From the NCBI GenBank assembly GCA_028534125.1, contig CM052832.1, forward strand, positions 22,260,001 to 22,324,000: a DNA stretch of 64,000 bases, in the 5' to 3' direction. This stretch comes from Lama glama. Its lineage: Eukaryota. Position numbers and translations under genes: made by a program. Under the pieces are notes generated by a model. That model saw only the letters and a list, made by a program, of their open reading frames with translations. It was not told where the DNA came from and did no database searches. Shown piece after piece: positions 12,778 to 23,795 of this stretch. The first letter of the stretch is position 1, and every line of letters begins with the position of its first letter.

Positions 12778-13235
12778 ATCAGTTAGGATTCTCCTGAGAA
12801 GTGGAACCAATGGAAGATATCTTTATGTATATCCAACCATCCACCCACCCATCCATCCATCCATCCATCCATCCACTGAGTTTGCTCTCACAATGGTGGA
12901 GGCGGAGAAGCCCCCAGATCTGTAGTCAGCAAGCTGAGGGCCCAGGAGAGCCAATGGTGTCATTCTAGTCTGAGTCTGAAGACGGGAAACTGATGCTCTG
13001 TTGGAAGATAGCAGAGAGTGCATTTTCCCTAATTCAGCCTATTTATTCTAGTCAGGCCTTCATCGGATTGGATGAGGCCCACCCACACTGGGGAGGGCAA
13101 TCTGCTGTGCTCAGTCTACTGATCCACATGTCAGTCTCATTCAGGAACACCTCACAGACACACCCACAATAAGGTTTGACTAAGTATCTGGGCCCCAGTG
13201 GCTCAATCAAGTTTATACATAAAATTAACTATCAT
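12778..13235 (-). mobile_element. MLT2-type (ERVL) solo LTR with internal (ATCC)n
   Basis: The end caagtttatacataaaattaactatca is the reverse complement of the MLT2 start. Also contains gattggatgaggcccacccacactggggagggcaatctgc. (CATC)n at about 12831-12876. Confidence 0.9.
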
Positions 13236-13559
13236 GGGGAACCATCCAGAAATGGAAGTTTTCCTAGGAGAGTATAAGGTGAAGGGGCTGTTTACATAGT
13301 CAGAACAAACTAAATTTAACTAAGATTGGAAATTCAGTGATTTTTTTTTCCCCTTTCATCCCACTAACTACTAAATGGGAGATTACGAAAGGGAATAGAT
13401 GAAGGAAAAAAATGACATTTTCTCTGCATATTCAGCCACAGATAAAGATCTACTATGTGGTATCACACTGTATCTGTTCTGTAACCTGTTTGTCCCATAC
13501 AAACATACATCATAGTCAGCTTTCTGGATTAATAAATATGGAGCTCCCTAAAAGTCACA

Positions 13560-13700
13560 TTTAATATTTGCTTAGTATTTCATTGTCTAAAAGTATCCAT
13601 TTAAATACCCAGACTCCCGTTGTTGGACATTCAGATTGTTTATTTTTACTTTCATAATAAATGCTATGATTGAACACCAACAAGGAGGATTTAAACACAC
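13560..13700 (-). mobile_element. Old L1 3' fragment
   Basis: gttgttggacattcagattgttt..taaatgctatgattgaacac resembles the antisense L1M 3' region. Confidence 0.55.
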
Positions 13701-15634
13701 ACAGTTCACCCTCAAAAGCTTCCAGACTCCCAACTGTTTTTGCCATATTACAGAGAAAAATAATTTGTACTTCTTTTTCACATGTGAAGAGTATGGGAAG
13801 AAAAAAAGAAGAGACTAGGAGTTTGACAAGGAGCAGGTACAGGGCTGCGGGGATGCCCAGGGATGGGGCCCGTCCCTGCCCGACCATGACCACACCAGCA
13901 AGTTAACAGAGCACAAGGTGGTGATCATTCATGCCTCGCAGAAGATCCTATTCTCCTGCCAGGCGCAGGCTTTCCACTGGGTCCTTGCCACAGCAGACTT
14001 CCATGGGGTCTCCCGGGACCAACGGAGGGGACGAGGGTAACGCGGGGCAGGAAGCATGCTTCTGCCTTCCTGTCGAGATAATGAACTGGAGGAGGCAGGA
14101 GAAGCCGGGGCCACCTGAAGGACAGCCAGCAGCCGTATCTAAAGCGCCCAGAGTGCGGCTGGCCGTGGGCGAGCTCTGTTTATCGGGAGCCGTCTGGTCC
14201 GGATTGCAGGCTACTGCCTGGGCTTCAATTAGGCTTTCTGACTGATGGCCAGTTTAATGAGCCTATTTACAGAGGGTCATTCAACATGGCAATTACACCT
14301 ATAAATCTATTTGCAGCAGGGCTCGAATAACCTTCTGCACACAGCCCTGTATAAAGCTGCTGTCTGATTAATTAACATTAATTTCCCCGCCGTATGGAAC
14401 CAGCTGCAGTCAGTGTAAGTGCTTCCAGCTCCTCTCCACAGGCCCTGTGCAAACGGCGGGGGTTCCCTGAGTGTGGGGAGCGCTTCAGTGGCTGGAAGGG
14501 AGGGAAAGGCCGGAGGACCGAGCTCCTATTTCGAAGAAGCTCTTCCTTCTTCTTCCGTCCCTGTTCTTTCTCTGGTCCTGTCTGATTGATGTTTCAGGGC
14601 AGTGTCATATATAGGGGGCAAAATTCAATTAATTGGATATGAAATATTTATAACCCTGCTGTATGTGTCTATCAGAGAAGAGCCCTTTAATAGATCTTCT
14701 CATTAGTATGAGCTGGTGACTCATTTCTCCGCTTTCACAGTCATTCGGAATTAAAATCCAATTAATCTAATATCCCTGTGAATGTTATTAAATTATTGGA
14801 AAAACTGCATTGAGGAGATAGGGTGAGGGGAAACGGCGGGCCTGGTGGGTAACTCATTTCCTCTCTGCAAAGCACACAATGCCAGGGGGACCAGCCCCTG
14901 CCACCCCTCCCACCCCCACTCCCTCCAGCTCTTCTAGCTTTTGGGTTGTGTCTACACTTGGCAAATAAAGCACAGGATTGTGAATCCGGGGCTCACAGCT
15001 GCCAAGGCTGACACTGCCAAAGCTCGTAACACAACCACCACCACAACCAGAAAACCGGATGTTGACACCGCCAAAGCATTCGCAAGATTGTAATTAAGTG
15101 AAAAGGTAAGATTTGCACTGTTTTAAGTAGCTCTGGATGAGTCTCTTTAAGGCAGAAGCTGTATTAAGAATGAAGGCTGGGGAGCGGGGAATGAAAGCTG
15201 ACTTGGAAGCTCCCAAGCTTCATGGGGTTCTAGAATGCTCTGGTTTTATGAGTTCCTAACCTAGGTGCCTCGTAAAAAAGTCAGCAATAATGGTCTCTGA
15301 TTTCATAGGAATGACAAGAAAAGGCAAGGCCCCTCCTTGTATTTGGAAAAACAGGGACCATTTCGATCATTATTAACACGTTTTCATATCACAGGGCATT
15401 TTTTTAGTCCAGTGGTCTATGGACGCACTTGACATTTTTGCATTTGCAGGGATCGAGGAGGAAAAAGATGTTGCAATAATGGTGAGCAAAGGCGTGAATC
15501 ACGCTTTGCTACTTGACTGATATAACATTTTGATGGAATATTTGGAAATCGCTAAGTCCAGACTTTAGATATAACTAAACGGCATAACAAAATAATAGTA
15601 ACATCATGATTCTAGTAACCAGTGACAAAGGCTC

Positions 15635-15920
15635 TTAAATTTCTCCCTCCTTTCTGAATCCAACACTGTAGCTAAACGAACACTGACCGACTTTCTACTG
15701 CATGCCAGGCATTATGGAGCTAGGTGTTACTTAGTTACACACTTGTAACCTGAAATGTTCCCCAAAGGATGCAGTGGTGAAAAAGACTTGGCCCCTGACT
15801 TTGAGAAGCTTCTAGGTATGAAAACAGATCATTGAAAATTAGAAGGGGTGGAAAAACTTTGCTTCAGGAGCACAGCAGGAAGACCTGGCAGTCAGGGAGA
15901 GCTTCCTGGAGGAGGTAAGT
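15635..15920 (-). mobile_element. L2 fragment
   Basis: ctactgcatgccaggcatt..aagacttggcccctgac..gtcagggagagcttcctggaggaggt. Confidence 0.7.
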
Positions 15921-16364
15921 GATAGAGATGTGTTGCATTAGCTTAGGCTGTTCTGTTTCCCCTCCTTCCTTAGCTTCTGTCCTTTGCAAGTCCCATCTTT
16001 TTTGGGATGCCTCTCCTTACCAGTGCAATCCTATATTGAACCTGTCCATCACCCATCGTCTATGTCACTCATTCTGCCACTAAATCAGATATTGCATTTA
16101 TTGTTAACGGATTTCTATGTGTGTCTTGTGGCCCCTACATTATACACTGTTTGAGGGAAAGGACAGTTTCTTACATTTTAGATTGCATCTCATCAACAGA
16201 AAGCAATTTGCTAAGAACATAGTCAATACTCAAAATTTGTTGAATGAAAGGTTACCTAGCATTTAGTTTCTGTAGTAAATACTTTTCCAAATGTAATGCA
16301 ATTTATTCCATAGTTTTCCATTTTCTCTCTTAGTTATTAGCTCTCAAAAATGGCTGCTCTGATT

Positions 16365-16900
16365 GTAAACATTGCTCATGGGACTGTAAATTCATACACT
16401 TTTATGGAGGACAATTTAGTCATTTCTTACAATTTACAGATGCATTTACCCTTTTGACCCAGCAATTGCACTTTTGAGACTTATTCTACAGATAAATTTG
16501 CACATATGTGAAACTGTATATATAAAATTATTCATTGCATTAATGTTTGTAGTAGTAAGATTAGAAACAAATCTGTCTGTCATTAAGGGATTAAGTAAAT
16601 TGTAGTACATCCATACAATGAAATATTTAACTGTTATAAAAAGAATGAAAATGTTCTCTATACACTGATATGAAAAGATTTTTGAGATAAATTGTCAAGT
16701 GAAAAATGCGAGGTTCAGAACAGGATGTATTAGAAGCCACCTTTTGTGTTAAAAGAGGGAAGAAACATAAACTTGGTGTATAGGTATAAAGAAACTCTTC
16801 TGAAAGGTAAAATAGTAATAGTTTCCTCTGGTCAAGGATGTGGCAGTAGGCAGAGGTTAAAGATGATAAATGCATTTTTCATTCGATGTTTTTTTAATAT
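16365..16900 (+). mobile_element. Old L1ME-like 3' end; resumes at about 17700-17755 after a nested antisense L1
   Basis: cattgctcatgggactgtaaatt..tttgacccagcaattgcactttt..gtacatccatacaatgaaatatt. The terminal piece ccatgaatgtactacttatttgaaaattaaaa lies at about 17715-17750. Confidence 0.8.
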
Positions 16901-16904
16901 TTGA

Positions 16905-17670
16905 AATTTTTATTTAAAAATTAGACCATAAAGTTAATTCTTTTTGGGTATACGATCCTATGAATTTTAATACACGTGACTATCACGTAGTCATCACCAC
17001 AGTCTAGATACAGATTAGTTTCCCCACCTCCCCAAATTCTCTTTGTAGCCACACCCTCCCGCCCTCAGCACCTGGCAATCACTAATCTGTTATCCATCGC
17101 TGTACTTTGCAACAGTGTCTTATAAACAGGATACTGTATGTAATCTTTTGAGATTGACTTCTTACACTAATACGATGCCTTAGAGATTCATGTAAGTTGT
17201 ATCAATAGTTTGTCCCCTTTTTCTCACTCAGTCCTGTTCCATGGCATGGATGGTCCATGGTTTGCTCACTCGTTCATCTGCTGAACATTTGGATCGTTTT
17301 CATTTTTTGGCGGTGGTGATAGGGATGCTCTAAACATTTACGTTCATGCTTTTGTGTGAACGTGTTTTCAGTTCTGCGGGGCAAACATTCAGGAGTTGGA
17401 TGGTTGGGCTGCATGGCAGGGGTACGTGTGCCTCGATTAGAAACTGCCAACTGTCTTTCAAAGTGACTATACCTTTTTCCATTCCCTGCAATCATGCCTG
17501 AGAGTTCCAGTTGCTTCACATCCTCAACAGCAGTTCGTGTTGTTGGCATTTTAAACTTCAGTCATTTTAATAGGTTGTGCTAGTTTATCATGGTTTTAGT
17601 TTGAATTTCCCTAACGGCCTATGGTGTGCTTATTTGCTATTCTTATATCCTCTTTGGTGAAGTGTCTATT
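16905..17670 (-). mobile_element. L1MC/L1MD-like 3' end, antisense, nested in the L1ME-like element
   Basis: cctggcaatcactaatctgt, gaaactgccaactgtctttcaaagtgactatacc and agttgcttcacatcctcaacagca. The minus-strand ORF 17274-17549 is a decayed ORF2 C-terminus. Confidence 0.88.
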
Positions 17671-18463
17671 TACCATGTACACATAAACACACACACTTTT
17701 ATAGCTTTGAATACCATGAATGTACTACTTATTTGAAAATTAAAATTAAAAAATGTCTGTCTTGTCCCCAGGGGCCCAAGCCCTATTTGCTGTTTCGGGA
17801 AGGGATTCTGGGTGTGGTAAATCACTTCATAGTAACATGGCTTTCCCCAAGTTAAAAATGAGAGTAATAATGCTTACTCCACTGACCCAGAGATACCCTT
17901 CTTGGGGAAGCTAAATGACAAGGAGATTATGTGACCTTCCCATGGTCTCAGGGGTTGGTTGAGGGGCTAATGCCAGAACTGAAATGTCAGGTTCTTGAAT
18001 GCCGTCAGGGCAAAAGGCCCTGTAACGCCTTATTTGCTCCTGGCTGTGGTGCCAAAACCTTTTGCAGCTGAGCGGCACTTTTGTCCAGGCACATGCAGCC
18101 CTTCTGAATATGCACTTCTGGGTGTTGAATTCCCCGCTGGCAAAGGTTTATGTAAACAAATGAACCTAATATTTCACTCTGTCACTAGCAATTTGGAATT
18201 ACTTCTGGACCATCCTGAGGACCCTCTCTGGAGCCATTCTTCTGTTTTTCTAGTGGGACCCTGAAGTCCTGTTTGTTGTAAGTCTCCTTGGCAGGAAAAT
18301 CCATCACCATCACTTAAGTGGGAGAAAATGAACTCACAACCTCCCAGTGGTCCAGCACCAATTTAATTCAAGTCAGCAAACGTTTTGAACTCTTATTCTA
18401 TGCCTGGCCTGCACTAGGGAAACCAAGGTAAGTCAAGTGTCTGGTCTTAAAAACTCATCTGCA

Positions 18464-19196
18464 AAAACGAACCCTCCTACACTACTGGTGAGAATGTAAG
18501 TTGGTGCAGCCACGATGGAGACAATATGGAGGTTCCTTAAAAAACTAAAAATAGAGTTACCATGTGATGTAGCAATCCCACTCCTAGGATATATATCCAA
18601 GAAGGCTCTAACTCAAAAAGATACACGCACCCCAATGTTCACAGCTGCACAATTTACATTAGTCAAGACATGGAAGCAACCTAAATGTCCATCGACAGAT
18701 GAATAAACACACATACATACAATGGAATATTACAGAGCCATAAAAAAGAATGAAACTTGACATTTGCAGCAACAGATGGACCTAGGGATGATGATACTAA
18801 GTGAAGTCAGACAGAGAAAGACAAATATCCTATGATATCATTTATATGTGGAATCTAAAAAATTATACAAATTAAATTATTTACAAGCCAGAAATAGACT
18901 TATAGACATAGGAAACAAACTATGGTTACCCAAGGGGAAAAGGGTGGTGGGGGAAGGGATAAATTAGGAGTTTGGGACTAACATATACACATTACCATAT
19001 GTAAAATAAACAACAAGGACCTACTGTATAGCACAGGGAACTATATTCAATATCTTGCAATAATCTATATGTGGAAAAGAATCAAAAAAGAATATTATGT
19101 GTAACTGAATCACTTTGCTGTCCACCTGAAACACAACACTGTAAATCAACCATAAAAAAAAAATTCACAGGACAGTTCTGCAAAGTGAAAAAAAAG
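18464..19196 (+). mobile_element. Young 5'-truncated LINE-1 (artiodactyl/camelid-type 3' UTR) with a 14-bp TSD
   Basis: ORF reads WRFLKKLKIELP..IPLLG..MFTAAQFT..KTWKQPKCPSTDE. TSD aaaactcatctgca at 18450-18463 and 19197-19210. The 5' copy is preceded by tctta, giving a TT/AAAA endonuclease site. Confidence 0.97.
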
Positions 19197-19277
19197 AAAA
19201 CTCATCTGCAGTCAAATGGCATTCATTATAGGGGTCTCCTAGTGATAACGTGGGAGGTGGAGAGAAGGCACGTGTCC

Positions 19278-19385
19278 CCCTTGTCCAGATGAGAAAACTG
19301 AGGCCCAGAGAGTTCAGATAATAACAGATGGGAGATCTGGGATTTAAACTCAGGTCTGTCTGACTCTAAAATCCATGCTCTTTGC
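19278..19385 (-). mobile_element. MIR SINE
   Basis: Core cagatgagaaaactgaggcccagagag..gggatttaaactcaggtctgtctgactctaaa. Confidence 0.85.
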
Positions 19386-20038
19386 AATACACCAGTGATT
19401 TATTTTGTCATCAAATTTTTTAATGCTTATTCGTAAATCTACAATTTCTTCGCCATATTTGGGAGAAACTCAGGCATTAAACTTTAAGTTACTAAACACA
19501 GGATATCTAAAAAAAAGTATGGAAGTATCCCCACCCTCCTCAGAATAAATATTAATGAGTTAAGTCTTAATATCTTTAAATGAAAAAAACCAACCAACCA
19601 ACCAACCACATGCTTATCCTACTGAGGCCATGAATCACGCCAGTGCAAGTGGCTAAATAGCTTCTCACAGAGTTCATCACAACGACCAACAAGCAGTGAC
19701 ACCTTCCTAGCGAGCACTGATAGGTGGGAAAGCAGCAGCCTGTGGCTACATCTGCTTTGTAGAAGGGATTTTGATAAACTGTTTGAAACCAAAAATTGAA
19801 TAACCTACAATGGACCTTTTTAACAAGGGGGCAGTCAGTCCTAGATGCCCTGAGAACTTGGTTAACCAGGTCATTGGCAAAGGTCACAGCATAGGCAGGA
19901 AGTGCCAGGAAGTGTCTGCAAGCAGTGTCAGAGGGCTCTGCCCTGAGGTCAGGCTGCACACCTCCTCCCAGAAACAGCCAGCATTCGAGAAGCAAAAATG
20001 CAGGGAACTATATCAATACCTTGTAATGGCCTATAATT

Positions 20039-20051
20039 TGTGTGTGTGTAT

Positions 20052-20119
<68 letters not shown>

Positions 20120-20130
20120 TTATATATATA
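20039..20130. repeat. Compound (TG)n(TA)n microsatellite
   Basis: Read directly. Confidence 0.98.
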
Positions 20131-20395
20131 CCTTTTCATATTTTTGAGAAGCGGCTTCCTTCCCGCTCCCCACCTGCACATCAGGCCTCCACCTGCACCT
20201 GAGGTGCTGCACAGGCGAGCAGGGCTTCTCGGAAGCTTAACAACACACCAAAGAGTTAGCCCGTAATTTTTAAATGCCTCTAGTGATTGGTTTTTTCATG
20301 CTGTCTATGAGCCTTAATTGAGATTACCATGGAGATTTAGATTTAAAAAATGACTCCAGGGGTTCATTTGATATAAAGATGAATAAAAAAAGAAA

Positions 20396-20740
20396 CTAAG
20401 TCAGACAAGAGAAAGACAAATATCCTATGCTATCACTTACATGTGGAATGTACAAAAATGATCCAAATAAACTTATTTACAAAACAGAAACAGACACATA
20501 GACATAGGAAACAAACTTATGGTTACCAAAGGGGGAAGGGGAAGTGGGAGTCATAATTAGGAGTTTGGGATTAGCAGATACAAACTACTATGTAGAAAAT
20601 AAAGCACAGGGAACTATATTCAATAGCTTGTAATAAACTATAATGGAAAAGAATCTGAAAAAAATGTCTATGTATAACCAAATCACTTTGTTGTACACCA
20701 GAAACTAACACTGTAAGTCAACTATGCTTCAATTAAAAAG
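20396..20740 (+). mobile_element. LINE-1 3' UTR fragment, same family as 18464-19196
   Basis: Collinear with 18800-19150 (gagaaagacaaatatcctatg, atagacataggaaacaaact, gcacagggaactatattcaata). Ends ctatgcttcaattaaaa. Confidence 0.93.
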
Positions 20741-20875
20741 TTTTTAAACTTTATTATAAATGCAACGTACCAGTCTGTAGTGTATGAAAAGTGGGGTCAT
20801 ATTAAACCTATGTTTTCCTCGTAACTTGCTCTTTCACATAGTAATGTGTATGTGTTTTTTTTCCATGTTATCAGA

Positions 20876-21332
20876 TATATTAGCTCTCTGTTGCTACGTA
20901 GTAAATTAGCCCCAAACTTAGCTGCTTCAAACAGCAGGCATTTACCACCTCATGCAGTTACCAAGGGTCAGAAACACACCTGAGCTGGGGCTTCGGGCTC
21001 CTGGTGTCTTATGAGGCTGCAGTCATCTGAAGACTGACTGGGGCTGAAGCAATTGCCTCCAAGCTCACTGCCAAGGCCTCCGATGGCTGCCCTGCGGGTA
21101 TCTTCACAGGGCTCCTTTAAGGCAGAGCAGCTGGCTTCCCCCCAGGGGGTGATCTGAGACAGCAAAGCTGCAATGTCTTCTATAACCTAATCTCAGAAGT
21201 GACATGCCGGTACTTCTGGCATGTTCCAGGGAGCACACAGACCCAGTCTGCTCCAGTGTGTGAAGGGGTAACCCCAAAGTGCGCGTACTGGGAGGTGGGA
21301 CCTGTCGGTGGCCATCCTGAAGTCTGGCTACC
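20876..21332 (-). mobile_element. MaLR LTR, MLT1F-like
   Basis: ccccaaacttagctgcttcaaacagcagg at one end. ggccatcctgaagtctggctacc at the other end matches the reverse complement of the MLT1F start. Confidence 0.85.
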
Positions 21333-21699
21333 CCTGGGTGTGCGTATTTCATCTTAACAACTTTGGTGCAAGGATCTCCCTGCTCCCCCACCCTCCTCGG
21401 TAGACACACCGCAGGGCTGGACCAGCTCCTGCCACCGCAGCTTCTCCCCTTCCTCCTGCTTCTCAGTCCAGCCTGGTTATGAGGCTGCAGAACGGCGGGG
21501 AGGCTCCCTGTGGGCCTCTGGGCATCCTGCCTCCACACCTCCCTCTTGCCCTGTCTAGTTTCCACCCAGTTATCAGAGCCTCTTAAAAACCTCTCCTGAA
21601 CCCCCGGTCCGGATGAGGCACCCCCTTAAGTGCTCCCCCAGCATCCCCTTCTTCCTCTGCTGAATATTCTCACGTACACTCTTATCAGTCACGTGTACA

Positions 21700-21820
21700 C
21701 ATTCTTGTCTCTGCGTCCAGACTGTCGGCTTCTTCAACATGGGGCCTGGTGTCTTATGGACTTACTGCCCTTCATACCATGTGATCCTCAACTTTTGCTG
21801 AATCAATCAATGAACGAATA
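21700..21820 (+). mobile_element. L2 3' end
   Basis: cagactgtcggcttctt..ttgctgaatcaatcaatgaacgaa, a degenerate (TGAA)n tail. Confidence 0.55.
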
Positions 21821-22423
21821 AGAACGCTGCCAATGTGCCTCAGGGATCTGTGGTCCACAACAGGGTGACTTTTTCCCCACCACTACCGCCGTCACCACCA
21901 TCACCATCACCACCACCGTAGTTTTGTTCTTGATCCGCCCAGCTGGCTTCAACCAACTGTTTAGAGCTCTGCTGTGTGAGCTCTTCCAGACCCAGAGTGT
22001 GCCAGCCAGCACTGCAACTGAGAGTTTTGTTTTCATTATGCAGGCTTCCTGGGATGCTCCAAATTAATTATAATCCTCTCCTCACTTTTAAGGCCTCTAA
22101 AAAGGGCCATGTTCCTGCCTTCCTTGGTGAACCGGGGCCTATCCCATTCCCTGGAACCGCTCTCAGCCTGCCGAGGGTCACATGTCACCATGTCCCCCGT
22201 TCCTCCCCCGGCCCAGCCGGAGGCTTCCAGACGACTGAGCTGTGGGCAGCTTATCCTCTGGGCACCGGGAAAGCCAGCCCAGTTCATAGCAGCCAGGCCA
22301 GCGCCCATCTGGATCTGATGGACTCCGAGCCTTTAAAATGCAGCCTGCACTAGTATTTGTTTTATTGCTTGCGTTCACCCCCGTTAAAGTAGACAAGATG
22401 AAAACAAATGTTCTGCAGAGCTT

Positions 22424-22497
22424 TGTGTGTGTGTGTGTGTGTGTGTGTGTATCATATATATATATATATATACACATATGAATATAGATATATATAT
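22424..22497. repeat. Compound (TG)n/(TA)n microsatellite
   Basis: Read directly. Confidence 0.97.
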
Positions 22498-22679
22498 TTT
22501 AAACAGCTGGCATTTTGGGTCTGAAGCTGACTCTATGGTACTGAGGAATATGCATACTGGTATTTTTTTTCCTCCTTTCTTGACACATATTTCCATTTCT
22601 TACCTAGATATACTTAGAGGTTATTCACAGACCCACTCAGGAAAATAAATATCAAGAAATGGAAGCTATTCAAATCATC

Positions 22680-22890
22680 TCTACCATTTATTTATCACCT
22701 ACTGAGTTCTAGGCTTGTTGTTAAGAGTTTCTACATACTTGGTCTCACTGGGCCCTCATCACAACCCTCCGGGGCAGGTACTAACACATCCACTTTATAG
22801 ACATTCCGGGAGGCGACATGGTTTGCCCAAGGGCACCGAGCTGGCCGGTGGTGGCACTGAGATTTAGTCTTTTATCCTCCGACTCTAAAT
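22680..22890 (-). mobile_element. MIR SINE
   Basis: catttatttatcacctact..cacaaccctccggggcaggtacta..tttgcccaagggcac..ggtggcactgagattt. Confidence 0.8.
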
Positions 22891-23748
22891 CTCACTCTCT
22901 CATCACCACCTGGCTCTCCCTCCCCTAGCTTCTTCCTACTGTCAATCTGCAGGAATGTCCTGGTTGCCTGAAGATTCATTTTTTTCACTGAGATTGGAGA
23001 GCTTCGAGATTTGAGAAGATCTAGCAAGTGACCACGGTGAGCTCCTGTGCCCGTTTGCTGCTGGGCATTTACAGGGAAAAGTGAGTAAAGCAGGTTAGCT
23101 GTGTTTGGCTGAGACCCCAGCCCTGGGAAGGGCATTTCTGTGATGAGCGGGGGTGGGGGTGGGGCAGTGATGACCTCACTCAGAGACAAAGCCTGAGGAG
23201 GAGGAACCCCCCCACACCTCCTCCCCTGCGGGAGCCATTCTACTCCTCCATCCATTGGGACCCTTTCTCGGTTTTTATTCCCAATAGTATTTCCAGTATC
23301 CAGAGACGAGCAGGTGGTAGGCAGGTATAGGTCTCCCACTGGCTGATGCTGCTACTCTGTACACGGTGGGGCGCCTCAGTTTCCCCAGTCAGCAGCCTTC
23401 TTGAAGAATAGGGAGAGATTTGGTGGTGTCTCCAGATACCCACTGCCAGGTTCCCGCTGCCAGAGCCTCCCATAAGTGTCCTAGATTAATCTCAGACTTG
23501 GGCCTCCTGTGCGGCAGCTGAGCCATCAGGCTGGCTGTGAAACGCCTTATTTTATTTTCCGCCTAACATCAGGCTGCAAATGAAAATACCTTTTCAACCC
23601 TAGTATTATTACCCCTACGGATGGCACCTTTAATGCGTGCTATTCATTGTTATAATGGCCGCACCTGCGTAGCACGCGCACATTGGAACGGCAGCAGCTG
23701 TGGACCGTAATTGCTAAACATTATTTTCTGTTTCTCCCTGAAAGCTTT

Positions 23749-23795
23749 TGTGCATGCGTGCGTGCGTGCGTGTGTGTGTGTGTGTGTGTACGTAC
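23749..23795. repeat. (TGCG)n(TG)n alternating purine-pyrimidine tract
   Basis: Read directly. Confidence 0.95.

Noticed and set aside
19810..22648. ORFs with CVCVCV, YIYIYI or HTHTHT runs
   Set aside because: These are translations of (TG)n, (TA)n and (CA)n microsatellites.
23148..23164. G-rich run gggggtgggggtgggg as a G-quadruplex
   Set aside because: Only three closely spaced G-tracts. The fourth is distant, so support is weak.
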